From an uncultured Spirochaetaceae bacterium (lineage in GTDB: Bacteria > Spirochaetota > Spirochaetia > Sphaerochaetales > Sphaerochaetaceae), in NCBI GenBank assembly GCA_944389055.1, contig CALXKY010000001.1:1-60595 (forward strand): a stretch of 60,595 nucleotides of DNA, written 5' to 3'. The notes beneath the pieces were generated by a model. It saw only the letters and a program-made list of their open reading frames with translations, had not been told where the DNA came from and did not search any database. The position numbers and the translations under genes are program-made. Positions 1-8,998 of the stretch are shown piece after piece; position 1 is the first letter of the stretch; each line of letters opens with the position of its first letter.

Positions 1-196
1 CCGTGCTTCCCTCAGGAAGAGAATGGAGAAATACTGGAAGTGAGGATAATGCCCCTGTCCGGACCGGATGGGGGCTCCATGATTTACTGGGATGCCCCCC
101 TGATGATAATCTGAAAATACATAAAGAAAGAGCATGCTGAATACTCAGATAGATACTTTTGCGGCCTGTTGCCTCATAACCAGAGGTGAATATATA

Positions 197-224
197 TTGA
201 CTGTATATATTATCGATATATAAT
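197..224 (+). promoter_or_regulatory. sigma70-type promoter of the brnTA pair with embedded palindrome
   Basis: TTGACT (197-202), 16-nt spacer, TATAAT (219-224), just upstream of the brnT ATG. The spacer contains the palindrome TATCGATA (211-218), a possible autoregulatory operator. Confidence 0.5.
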
Positions 225-241
225 ACAGATGGGATGTAAAG

Positions 242-550
242 ATGGATGTGGAATATTGCGGGTTTGAATGGGACGAAGAGAAGAATCAACGGAACATAAA
301 AATGCATAAGCTTAGCTTCCAGACGGCAGTCAGGGCATTCAATGATCCGTTTCTTCTTGAGAAATACGATTCTTCCCATTCAGCCGAAGAAGATAGATAT
401 ATTGGAATTGGGAAGATAAGAGAATATTACATAACATTCATATGCTTCACTGATCGTAATGGAAGAACAAGAGTGATATCAGCACGCAAGGCGACAGCCA
501 AGGAGGTAAGGGAATATGAGAAGCACAGAAAGAGTCTACAGACAGATTGA
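242..550 (+). CDS. brnT: BrnT-family (DUF497) toxin of a type II toxin-antitoxin pair
   Basis: 102-aa ORF. FEWDEEKNQRNIKMHKLSF near the N-terminus and RVISARKATAKE near the C-terminus match the BrnT pattern as I remember it. It overlaps the downstream partner ORF. Confidence 0.8.
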   Translation: MDVEYCGFEWDEEKNQRNIKMHKLSFQTAVRAFNDPFLLEKYDSSHSAEEDRYIGIGKIREYYITFICFTDRNGRTRVISARKATAKEVREYEKHRKSLQTD

Positions 551-812
551 TTTTCCGCCTCTGACGGATGCTCAGAGAAAAGAACTTGAGACTCTGGGAA
601 AAATGAAAGAAGCGGATATCAATACCGATGATATCCCAGAGGTGGATTTTTCAGATGCAGTATTTCACTATGCAGTAAAAATTCCGAAGAAGAAGATTTA
701 TACTGCTATTTCTGAAGATAACCTTGAATGGCTGAAAAAGGGTGGTAGAGGCTATCAGCAGCGTCTTGATAATGTAATCAGATGGGCAAGATCAAATGGT
801 TGCCCATTTTGA
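516..812 (+). CDS. brnA: BrnA-family antitoxin (C-terminal ribbon-helix-helix-like)
   Basis: 98-aa ORF overlapping brnT by 35 nt, with AAGGAGG 7 nt upstream of the ATG. The C-terminal EDNLEWLKKGGRGYQQRLDNVIRWA resembles the BrnA tail. Confidence 0.75.
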   Translation: MRSTERVYRQIDFPPLTDAQRKELETLGKMKEADINTDDIPEVDFSDAVFHYAVKIPKKKIYTAISEDNLEWLKKGGRGYQQRLDNVIRWARSNGCPF

Positions 813-927
813 TGGTCCCGGCCTGACAAATGATTGAAAACAGCATTTCACATCTTTGATGAGAAACGCTAAAACGAGATTCTTCCTTGTGTACAAAATG
901 TGACGTGTGGCGATATCAAAGGGAATC

Positions 928-982
928 AGGGCAATAAAACAGGGCTGCTGCAGGCCATCCGATGTTCCGGCTGCACAGCCCT
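928..982 (-). terminator. intrinsic terminator-like hairpin on the minus strand
   Basis: Imperfect long stem AGGGCTG..CTGCAGGCC / GGCTGCA..CAGCCCT (941-982). On the minus strand it is followed by TGTTTTATTG (plus-strand 928-940). It lies about 280 nt downstream of the stop of the minus-strand gene 1263-1856. Confidence 0.4.
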
Positions 983-1262
983 CTCATGCCCCTGATTTAT
1001 GAATCTCCCTGGGGCCGACGTATCTTTTAAGTCGTCTCCACGACTGCTTCAGTACTTATCGGGGGTACAGCAGCTTTGCCCCGCCGGATCTCGCTTCCGG
1101 CTCTTTTCTTCTTCCGCTTTCCTGCGGTTCCTCAGATGCTTCACAGGGTGCATCTAAGACTTTTTCCTTGCAGGAGTTACCTTCCTGCCTTACAGCTAAA
1201 AAGTATCATCGGATGCGGCAGTTGTCAACGAAAAAAAACGAAGTGCCGGGAACCGTATGATT

Positions 1263-1856
1263 TCAGACAGTCCCCGCAATCTGGGCCATCTGCTTCTTCG
1301 CGTTCGTCAGCGTCGCCTGATACTGTGCCTCGAGCCTTTCGAGATTCTGCCTCGCGGCTTCGATGAACTCCTTGTCATTCTCGAAATTCAGGTGGATCTC
1401 CGTTCCGTACTGCTTCGAAAGCTTGGCTGCCTTCTCCTCAAGCACAGGCTTGTACTGAGCCTTCATCTTCTCCAGAAGGTCCTTCCTGTGGAGCGGATAC
1501 TGCTTCAGGAACTGCGTGAGCTCCTCCATCAGTTCCATTGCCTGGGGGTTGTCCGAGGTGGCTATTGAAAGGAGCGTCTTCAGCCTCTCCAGCCTTTCAT
1601 CTCCCTCATTCTCCGACTGCGGCAGCGAGAGATTCGATTCTATCGTCATCATCAGGCCTTCCCTGACGGCATCCGATGCGTATGCTCCGAGGTCTTTCCT
1701 GAGGCTTTCCGTGTTCACTGTATCTGCGGAGAGGAAGCTGCCTGCGATGCGGCGGACAGCCTCGACATCATTCTTATGCTGCATCTTCTCTTTGTCAGCA
1801 TGGATACCCTCTGTCTTCTCGAGGGCAATCTCCCATGCGCTTCTGATCTTTCCCAT
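1263..1856 (-). CDS. hypothetical conserved-looking helical/coiled-coil protein (197 aa)
   Basis: I used the internal Met (MGKIRSAWEIALEKT...) of the 392-aa track ORF. The upstream 195 codons are low-complexity acidic sequence antisense to the TRIC-channel gene. The C-terminal part has protein-like composition. Confidence 0.55.
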   Translation of the reverse strand: MGKIRSAWEIALEKTEGIHADKEKMQHKNDVEAVRRIAGSFLSADTVNTESLRKDLGAYASDAVREGLMMTIESNLSLPQSENEGDERLERLKTLLSIATSDNPQAMELMEELTQFLKQYPLHRKDLLEKMKAQYKPVLEEKAAKLSKQYGTEIHLNFENDKEFIEAARQNLERLEAQYQATLTNAKKQMAQIAGTV

Positions 1857-1937
1857 GCCCTGAATATAGCTGAACTGAGCCTTGCCGGCTATAGGAAGGT
1901 GGACTGAGATGCATCTTTTATGTAGGCTAGAGCCGTT

Positions 1938-2567
1938 ATGGACAGTGGTGTTGTCTACGCATTCGATATCTTCGGTACTGCGATCTTCGCGATTACGGGT
2001 GCTGTCAAAGGTGTCCGCAACAGGCTTGATTTCCTCGGTGTCATCGTCTTCGCCATAACCGTAGGCTGCGGCGGCGGCATGCTCCGCGATACGATTCTCG
2101 GCATCTTCCCGATTGCCGTCTTCCGCGACAATGCATACATACTGGTCTGCATCGCGATGGGAATCCTTGTATTCCTTATAAGTCCCAAGACAGTCGGACG
2201 CTGGTCGATCATACAGTACTTCGATGCCGTAGGACTCGGGGTTTTCACCGCAATCGGCTGCGTGAAGGCTGAAGCACTGGGGCTCGGGGCCGTAGGAGTC
2301 ATGGCAAGCGGTGTCTTCGGTGCTGTCGGCGGAGGAGTGCTCCGCGATGTCTTCTGTCATGAGATACCGATGGTGCTCACTTCGGACTTCTACGCATCGG
2401 CTTCCATCCTCGGAGGGCTCCTCTTCGTCATCCTCTTCCATCTCGGAGTGACGGGGGATGTGCTCATGTATTCAACTGCGATCTTCACGATCGTGCTGAG
2501 GATGCTCGGCTATCATTTCAGATGGAGGCTTCCTGTTGCCAGGATGGTCGGGGAGGAGAAGCGTTGA
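1938..2567 (+). CDS. TRIC cation channel family membrane protein (UPF0126/YadS-like)
   Basis: Two repeats of the glycine-rich motif (FGTAIFAITGAVKG.. and GLGVFTAIGCVKA..) and GCGGGMLRD / GGGVLRD signatures. Confidence 0.8.
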   Translation: MDSGVVYAFDIFGTAIFAITGAVKGVRNRLDFLGVIVFAITVGCGGGMLRDTILGIFPIAVFRDNAYILVCIAMGILVFLISPKTVGRWSIIQYFDAVGLGVFTAIGCVKAEALGLGAVGVMASGVFGAVGGGVLRDVFCHEIPMVLTSDFYASASILGGLLFVILFHLGVTGDVLMYSTAIFTIVLRMLGYHFRWRLPVARMVGEEKR

Positions 2568-3721
2568 CGGAAAAGCTCTTTTACAGCGATGGTTACCTCA
2601 GAGAGTGCGAGGCAGCCGTGACAGGAGTCACGGAGAGCGGCATCATCCTTGACCGCACCGTATTCTATCCCGAAGGCGGCGGCCAGCCCGGTGACAGGGG
2701 CACGTTCGGACCTTATGCGATTGAGGATACCGTGAAGGCCGATGATGGCACGCCTATCCATATCATCAGGGGAAAGAAACCCTCCATCGGCGAGAAGCAT
2801 CTCCTTTCCCTGGACTGGGAGCATCGGTATTCCTACATGACAGAGCATACTGCGCAGCACCTTGTCTCGGCGCTTCTTTTCTCGAAGCATGGCATAGGTA
2901 CGGTTGCTGTGCATCTCGGAGAGAGGTTCCTCACTATAGAGACATCGTCCTCAGCCATCGATGATGATACCCTTTTCTCTGCCGAGGATGAGGCCAATGC
3001 GGCGATAAGGCAGAACCTGGCCGTATACAGGCGCGTGATGAGCCACAGCGAGGCGGAAGAGCTCGGGATGAGGAGGTCTATCAAAGTCTCCTCTGACAGT
3101 GTCATGGTCGTCTTCATAGAAGGACTGGATGCCGTAGGCTGCGGAGGGGTGCATCTTGCCTCTCTCGGCGAGATAGGGGAGGTGCAGTACTGCGGTCAGG
3201 AGAAGATCAGGGGACATGTCCGTACGATATGGAAATGCGGTGCTCTTTCCGTTGCGTACAGAAGGCAGAACAGGGCTGTTGCAGAGATGCTTTCCTCCAT
3301 GCTTTCCTCGGAGCCTGAGAATGCAGCCGAGGCTCTCAGACGTCTCGAGGATGAGACAGCGGACCTCAGGAGGAAAGTGAAGAGCCTGTCAGGAAAACTT
3401 GCATATTATGAGTATTCGCAGCACCTTCTGGGGACAGAGAGGGGCAAAGCCGTTATATTCAGTACCGATGAGGATATCCAGGCGTTTGAGAACGTGCTCG
3501 GGCCTGATGATCCATCGGAGGCTTTCATAATCGATGGGAATGGACGCTTCATGTTCCATGGGACAGGGGAGAGGTTCGCTCTTCTCCGGTCTGGCCTCGC
3601 TGCGTATTCCATCCATGGTGGCGGACGCGGTATGATGTACCGGGGATCGGTGAAAGGAAACCCGGTCGATATTCTTGATAATGCAGGAGTTTTGCTCAAT
3701 GGGTGGAGCGGCAATGTCTGA
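2564..3721 (+). CDS. alaX: alanyl-tRNA editing protein AlaX-L-like (tRNA_SAD domain)
   Basis: VFYPEGGGQPGDRG, HTAQHLVSALL (HxxxH) and CGGVH (CxxxH) motifs. Start set at TTG 2564, behind GGAGGAG and overlapping the upstream stop. The track ORF starts at 2522. Confidence 0.75.
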   Translation: MTEKLFYSDGYLRECEAAVTGVTESGIILDRTVFYPEGGGQPGDRGTFGPYAIEDTVKADDGTPIHIIRGKKPSIGEKHLLSLDWEHRYSYMTEHTAQHLVSALLFSKHGIGTVAVHLGERFLTIETSSSAIDDDTLFSAEDEANAAIRQNLAVYRRVMSHSEAEELGMRRSIKVSSDSVMVVFIEGLDAVGCGGVHLASLGEIGEVQYCGQEKIRGHVRTIWKCGALSVAYRRQNRAVAEMLSSMLSSEPENAAEALRRLEDETADLRRKVKSLSGKLAYYEYSQHLLGTERGKAVIFSTDEDIQAFENVLGPDDPSEAFIIDGNGRFMFHGTGERFALLRSGLAAYSIHGGGRGMMYRGSVKGNPVDILDNAGVLLNGWSGNV

Positions 3722-4334
3722 GGAATCCGATGATGATACGGATAGGAATGATGATGTGAGGGAGAAGGACAGGGATGTCCACCTCAACTGGAAGAAGATA
3801 GCACTGGTGGGAACTATCCCCATACTGCTGATTTTCCTGGGGTTCTTCTTTGTCGTGAAATGGATCGGAGGAGAGAACTACTCTCTGGCTGTTGACTGGT
3901 TCAATGAGAATTTCGGGCTCACCGGCATTTTTGTCTATGTCTATGTCGTAGATACCCTCATCCTGCCGCTTTCTCCGGATTTCGTCTTCCCGATAGTAGC
4001 CTCGATGAATCCATGGGTGGTCATTCCCATCATAGGTGCTGCCTCGGCTCTCGGCGGCATGACCTCATACTGCATCGGGCTTCTCCTCCATAAGATCCCA
4101 TTCATAAAGCGCTACACGGAAAAAGCTGAGGACAAGTGGGGTGCATATATCAGGAAATACGGCATCCTCTTCGTCATCATAGCCGGCATATTGCCGCTTC
4201 CGTTCTCCACGATCTGCGTGCTTGCTGGTGCGCTGAAGATGGACGCGCGAAAGGTCGTGCCTGCCACGTTCGTGAGGATTATCCGCGCAGCTGTCTATTT
4301 CGCGCTTTTCAGGGCAGGGCTCCTGATCATCTGA
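3714..4334 (+). CDS. DedA/VTT-domain (YqaA-like) membrane protein
   Basis: Multi-TM ORF with a VVDTLILPLSPDFVF motif. ATG 3714 sits behind GGTGGAG and overlaps the alaX stop. The track ORF starts at 3675. Confidence 0.65.
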   Translation: MSEESDDDTDRNDDVREKDRDVHLNWKKIALVGTIPILLIFLGFFFVVKWIGGENYSLAVDWFNENFGLTGIFVYVYVVDTLILPLSPDFVFPIVASMNPWVVIPIIGAASALGGMTSYCIGLLLHKIPFIKRYTEKAEDKWGAYIRKYGILFVIIAGILPLPFSTICVLAGALKMDARKVVPATFVRIIRAAVYFALFRAGLLII

Positions 4335-5732
4335 TCAGGCTCTGCCTTTCCTTGCCCTCTCAACGACCAGCATCGTCCTCTCCTCGGCATCGCCTGTGTA
4401 TCCGCGGGCATCAAGGAGCGCGCTTATCTCATCCTCGGGAATGTATTCCCTGATTCTCTTATCTGCCATGAGGTTCTTCCTGAGGGGATTGCCTCTTCCT
4501 TCCTGTACGCTCTGCCATGCAGAGAGCGATTCCTCCCTTATGACCTCATGCATCTCCTGTCTGTCGGCGCCGCGTCTGCCGAGTTCCATCAGCAGGCGTT
4601 CAGTAGCTGCGAAGATGCCATAGTCAGCCATGAGGCGTTCCGTAGCCACGCTGTGTATATTCATGCCTTTTACGATTCTGAGCTCCGTGATGAGCATCTC
4701 ATCAAGGGCTATGAATGCCTCCGGCATGAATATCCTCCTGTTTGCGCTGTCATCGAGCGTGCGCTCGAGTATCGAGGATGACGCATTCATCCAGGCAGCT
4801 TGGTACTGGCTTTCGACGATCCTTGCAAGCGAGCATATCTTCTCCGAGTTGATTGGATTCCGCTTGAATGGCATAGCCGATGATCCTACCTGCTTCCTGC
4901 CGAACGGCTCGGAGAATTCCCCGATGGGCGGGGACTGGAGTATCCTCAGGTCGAGCGAGAAGCGATGCAGCGATGCGGATACAGAGGAGAGCACGGATAT
5001 GATCCTCATGTCCTGCTTGCGCGTATATGTCTGGGTCGCGGCATCGAAAGCTTTGATGCCAAGCTCGTCCATGACCATCTTCTCAAGTTCCATCGAGCTC
5101 ACGCCGGTTCCTGCAAGCAGTACTTTGTAGCTGGCTCCTGTCCCGACAGCTCCCTTCATTCCCTTTCCGCGGATATCATTCAGGACGGCCACCGCTTCAT
5201 CCCTGTCGTCCAGAAGATCCTGCAGCGTCTGCGAGATCCTGTATCCGATCGTTGTTATCTCCGCGGGCTGGATATGGGTGAATGCCATCGTCGCCGTATC
5301 CTTGTATGCCTCTGCCTTCTCTGCCATGGCATCGATGAGGGCATCCAGGCGGGTGATGATCACAGCCATGGCTTCCCTGTAGCGCACTGCATCTGCGTTG
5401 TCGAGGGCATCCATGCTTGTCGCTCCCAGGTGTATGATCCCGCCTGCGCCCGGGCACTGCTCGGCGTAGGTCCTGATTTCAGCCATGAGATCATGGTGGA
5501 TCTCGTTCTCGATTTCGCTGGCCCTTTCTATGTCGATATCATCCTTATGGGCCTCGAGCTCCTCAACCTGTGCCTCTGTTACGAGTCCCGCCCTGGACTC
5601 CGCTCTTGCAAGGGCTATCCAGACGCGCCTGAGAAGCTTCCTCTTGTGCTCCTCCGAGAAGATATGCTTCATCTCATCCGAACCGTAGCGCCATGTGAGC
5701 GGGCTTATATATGTGCTGTGACCGTATTCCAT
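4335..5732 (-). CDS. purB: adenylosuccinate lyase
   Basis: Lyase_1 family signature SSAMPFKRNP and full-length similarity to PurB. The start MEYGHSTYISPLTWRYGS lies behind GAAGGAGG. Confidence 0.92.
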   Translation of the reverse strand: MEYGHSTYISPLTWRYGSDEMKHIFSEEHKRKLLRRVWIALARAESRAGLVTEAQVEELEAHKDDIDIERASEIENEIHHDLMAEIRTYAEQCPGAGGIIHLGATSMDALDNADAVRYREAMAVIITRLDALIDAMAEKAEAYKDTATMAFTHIQPAEITTIGYRISQTLQDLLDDRDEAVAVLNDIRGKGMKGAVGTGASYKVLLAGTGVSSMELEKMVMDELGIKAFDAATQTYTRKQDMRIISVLSSVSASLHRFSLDLRILQSPPIGEFSEPFGRKQVGSSAMPFKRNPINSEKICSLARIVESQYQAAWMNASSSILERTLDDSANRRIFMPEAFIALDEMLITELRIVKGMNIHSVATERLMADYGIFAATERLLMELGRRGADRQEMHEVIREESLSAWQSVQEGRGNPLRKNLMADKRIREYIPEDEISALLDARGYTGDAEERTMLVVERARKGRA

Positions 5733-5966
5733 AGGGAGCCTCCTTCGCACTGTGTCTCTGTGGATTATATCCGGGGAAGGGGCAAAGAAAAAGGAGGAAC
5801 ATCCTTATCGCATTCCTCCGGTTATCATTTCCGGCCTGTTTCCATTGGAGGCCTTGCTTATTCTGCCTGTATAATAGAATGCATCAGGCCTCCGTTTCAT
5901 CAAGAACAGAAGAATTATCTGTTACTTTTCAGTGAAGAAGGCGCCGTTTCCAGCGCCTTCCGTGCA

Positions 5967-7253
5967 TCATTTCTCCCTGATGATCAGCTGATCGCGCTCA
6001 GGACCTACCGAGATGTAGGTAATATGCGTTCCGAGCATCTCCTCGAGGGCGAGTATGTATGCCTGTGCCTTCGCGGGAAGCTCTTCCCATTTCCTGCACC
6101 TGGTCGTATCAGCCATCCAGCCATCGAACTCCTCGTATATGGGCTTTGCCCTTTCCTGGAGCCTTGTCTCAGGCAGATGCTTGTAGTATTCGCCATCGAT
6201 CATATAGCCGGTGCATACCTTAATCTTCGGGAATGTGTCGAGCACATCGAGCTTCGTGAGCGCAAGATCCGTGACCCCGTTCATGTAGCATGCGAAGTCC
6301 GCAGCGACAGCATCGAACCATCCGCAGCGCCTCGGCCTGCCTGTGGTTACGCCGTACTCATGCCCGATATCCCTGAGCTTGTCCCCATCCGCATCGAAGA
6401 GCTCCGTCATGTAGGGGCCTCCGCCGACTGAGGTGGAGTAGGCCTTTGCGACGCCTACTACTTTCGAGATGCAGCGCGGAGGGATTCCCGCACCATTGCA
6501 TCCGCCGGATACCGTCGGGTTGGATGATGTTGTGTATGGGTAGATTCCCCAGTCATTGTCCCTCATGATTCCGAGCTGGCCCTCGAGGAGGATCTTCTTT
6601 CCGCTCTCGACGGCATCCCTGATCACAGGGGCAGCATCGATGATGTGATCGCCGAACTCCTTCCTCCAGGCCTCGCACTTCGCGAGCATGTCCTCAAGCG
6701 TGACTGTATCAAGCCCATAGTACTCAAGGTCCCTGTTCTTCTTGGGGAGGATCATCCTGAGCCTCTCCTCAAGCCTCTCGGGATCCATGATGTCCGCAGC
6801 CCTGATTCCCATCCTCGCAGCCTTGTCGGAGTAGCATGGGCCGATGCCGCGCTTCGTGGTTCCGATCTTGTCCTTGTCAGCCCTCTTGCCTTCCTCTGCT
6901 CCATCAAGGGCCATGTGGTATGGCATGATGATGTGGGCTCTCTCATCGATGAACACGTTGTCGATCTCGAGACCTGCGCTCTGCTTTATGTTCTCAAGCT
7001 CCTCATGCATCCTGTCAAAGTTCACGACGGTCCCGGCTCCGACGATATTCATCGTATCGGGGTTGAAGATGCCGCTCGGAAGGATGTGAAGCCCGAACTT
7101 GCCCTTGTCATTGATGACCGTGTGGCCTGCATTGTCACCGCCCTGGAAGCGGATGACCATCTCCGCATCGGAGGCAAGATAGTCGACGACACGGCCCTTG
7201 CCCTCATCTCCCCACTGAACGCCTACTACGGCATTGACATTATATGATCCCAT
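5967..7253 (-). CDS. purA: adenylosuccinate synthetase
   Basis: QWGDEGKGRVVD P-loop and GGDNAGHTV motif. I used the internal Met MGSYNVNAVVG. The start overlaps the upstream gene's end by 14 nt. Confidence 0.92.
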   Translation of the reverse strand: MGSYNVNAVVGVQWGDEGKGRVVDYLASDAEMVIRFQGGDNAGHTVINDKGKFGLHILPSGIFNPDTMNIVGAGTVVNFDRMHEELENIKQSAGLEIDNVFIDERAHIIMPYHMALDGAEEGKRADKDKIGTTKRGIGPCYSDKAARMGIRAADIMDPERLEERLRMILPKKNRDLEYYGLDTVTLEDMLAKCEAWRKEFGDHIIDAAPVIRDAVESGKKILLEGQLGIMRDNDWGIYPYTTSSNPTVSGGCNGAGIPPRCISKVVGVAKAYSTSVGGGPYMTELFDADGDKLRDIGHEYGVTTGRPRRCGWFDAVAADFACYMNGVTDLALTKLDVLDTFPKIKVCTGYMIDGEYYKHLPETRLQERAKPIYEEFDGWMADTTRCRKWEELPAKAQAYILALEEMLGTHITYISVGPERDQLIIREK

Positions 7254-7812
7254 TAAGCATATCCTCCTTTCCCTGTCTGCGGAGCTCTTCGAACATCTCT
7301 TTCTCTTTTGCCGTATGCTCTTCGATGTCCTCGGCATCCCAGGGATATTTGATCCACATGTCCTCGATCTCGAGGGCAGGATAGTATCTTCTGATCTCAG
7401 GCGGGAATTCCACGTCCTTCTTCTTCAGCTTGTTGTGAAGAACGAGGACGGCAATCTCCTTCGGCCTGTATGAAAGCAGTTCTCCGACGCAGTATCCGAG
7501 TGTGGCTCTCGTATCATCGACTTCGTCGATCAGGAGCACGTTCTTGCCTGTGAGCTGTGACTGCACCTCATCGATCCACTGGATCTTCGTGGGCCTGTCG
7601 CGATGCTTATGGTCCATGCCGTAGTATGAGATGCCGACCGCATAGATAGGACGGTTGATGAACGTCTTCATGATCCTGGCCGGGATGAATCCGCCGGAGC
7701 CGATTGCGACGATGACATCCGGATCGAATTCTGATTCCTCGATTTTTCCTGCGAGTCTCTTTATGAGCTTGTGGACTGTGTTATAGCTTACGTAGAATTT
7801 ATCTATAGCCAT
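7240..7812 (-). CDS. purine phosphoribosyltransferase family protein
   Basis: PRPP-binding motif VLLIDEVDDTRATL. It sits in an operon with hpt and purA. Confidence 0.75.
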   Translation of the reverse strand: MAIDKFYVSYNTVHKLIKRLAGKIEESEFDPDVIVAIGSGGFIPARIMKTFINRPIYAVGISYYGMDHKHRDRPTKIQWIDEVQSQLTGKNVLLIDEVDDTRATLGYCVGELLSYRPKEIAVLVLHNKLKKKDVEFPPEIRRYYPALEIEDMWIKYPWDAEDIEEHTAKEKEMFEELRRQGKEDMLNGII

Positions 7813-7813
7813 T

Positions 7814-8371
7814 TCAGACCTCCGGTATCATCTCTGCGATGAAAGGCAGCGTGCGGTGTCTTTCCTTGTAATCAAGGCCATAGCCCACGACCCATACATC
7901 GGGAATCTCGAATCCACGGAAGCGTATATTCACTGGCACTGCATGGCGGGCAGGCTTGTCGAGGAAGACCGCTGTCTCCACCGATTCCGTTCCGCGTGCA
8001 CTGAAGGCCTTCATCAGATAAGCAAGCGTTGAGCCGCTGTCCAGGATATCCTCGACAATGAGGACATGGTGGCCTGCGAGATTCTCCCTTGTGTCCATGA
8101 GAAGCCTTACCTCTCCACGCTTATCGCCCTTGTTCCCATAGGATGAAATCGCGATGAAATCCACGATGTGGGGGATCGTTATGCGGCGAGCGAGATCTGC
8201 CAGGAATATAAAAGACCCCTTCAGCACTCCTACGAGTATCAGGGGTTCCTTGATATCCTTGTATGCGTTGTTGATCTCGTCGGCAAGCTCCGAGACACGG
8301 TGCGCGATTGTATCCTCATCGATGAGAACACGCCTGAGGTCGTCCGGGAGGGACGGTTTTCCTTCTGTCAT
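7814..8371 (-). CDS. hpt: hypoxanthine phosphoribosyltransferase
   Basis: VLIVEDILDSGSTLAYL PRPP motif and typical Hpt length (185 aa). Confidence 0.88.
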   Translation of the reverse strand: MTEGKPSLPDDLRRVLIDEDTIAHRVSELADEINNAYKDIKEPLILVGVLKGSFIFLADLARRITIPHIVDFIAISSYGNKGDKRGEVRLLMDTRENLAGHHVLIVEDILDSGSTLAYLMKAFSARGTESVETAVFLDKPARHAVPVNIRFRGFEIPDVWVVGYGLDYKERHRTLPFIAEMIPEV

Positions 8372-8490
8372 TTCAAGCTCCAGATCAATATGAGATAGGC
8401 TAAGTTTATAGGGGATCGGGCATTTTGAGAAGATGCGTATCTGGCGGACAGCACATCAGACGGAGTACAATGATGCAGAAGGAGGCGCAT

Positions 8491-8985
8491 ATGCAGAGAA
8501 TCGGTTACCAGCAGCTCGAGCTCAATCCGTTCACCGTGATAGGCAGGGAATGTTTCCTCCTGACCCCCGGGACGATGCAGGACTGGAGTTCCATGACAGC
8601 AGGATGGGGCGGTCTGGGATACGTGTGGGGTGCGCCTGCTGCTTTCATATTCGTCCATAGGGACAGGCCCGCATTCGCTGCCATGGAGAAGCATCGGCGT
8701 TTCTCCCTTTCATTCTTTCCTCCGGAGATGAGCAGTGTCCTTGAGCTGTTCTCAGGCGATGCCGGCAGCTCTCAGGAAAAAGCTGCGTTCGCAGGGCTGA
8801 CTCCGCATCCTGCCGATGGTGCGGTGGCTTTCTCCGAGGCCAATCTCGTGCTGGCATGCACCAAGATCGCAGAGACTGCGCTCGATGATGCGGCAATCAT
8901 TGACGAGGGTATCAGGAGCCTCTATTCTCAGGGAGACTGGCACCGGATGTTCATAGGAAGGATAGACGGCGTCTGGATCAGCTGA
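8491..8985 (+). CDS. flavin reductase-like (FMN-binding split-barrel) protein
   Basis: The pattern ...SSMTAGWGGLGYVWGAPAAFIFV... resembles Flavin_Reduct family proteins. ATG 8491 is preceded by GAAGGAGG. The track ORF starts at 8425. Confidence 0.55.
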   Translation: MQRIGYQQLELNPFTVIGRECFLLTPGTMQDWSSMTAGWGGLGYVWGAPAAFIFVHRDRPAFAAMEKHRRFSLSFFPPEMSSVLELFSGDAGSSQEKAAFAGLTPHPADGAVAFSEANLVLACTKIAETALDDAAIIDEGIRSLYSQGDWHRMFIGRIDGVWIS

Positions 8986-8998
8986 TGCCGGAGGGAAC

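Noticed and set aside
1-114. An open frame runs from the window edge to a TGA at 112-114 (..EILEVRIMPLSGPDGGSMIYWDAPLMII*), possibly the 3' end of a gene.
   Set aside because: Only 37 codons are visible and there is no recognisable motif. That is too little evidence to call a feature.
1857-2441. N-terminal 195 codons of the 392-aa minus-strand track ORF.
   Set aside because: This is an acidic low-complexity translation lying antisense to the well-supported TRIC-channel gene. An internal Met at 1856 gives a sensible protein, so the extension is treated as an artefact.
5751-5966. 216-bp purA-purB intergenic region, examined for a purine or ZTP riboswitch.
   Set aside because: I could not recognise the conserved cores of either class. 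Only a terminator-like hairpin after purA (GAAGGCGC...GCGCCTTC) and promoter-like elements are visible. An Rfam scan would be needed to be sure.
4965-6431. 488-aa plus-strand ORF, the longest of many antisense ORFs.
   Set aside because: It lies entirely antisense to purB and purA, which have unmistakable signatures. Its composition is Cys/Arg/His-rich and typical of antisense frames in GC-rich coding DNA. The same reasoning applies to 9650-10495, 36554-37252, 42242-42760, 37947-38441, 6645-7247 and similar ORFs.
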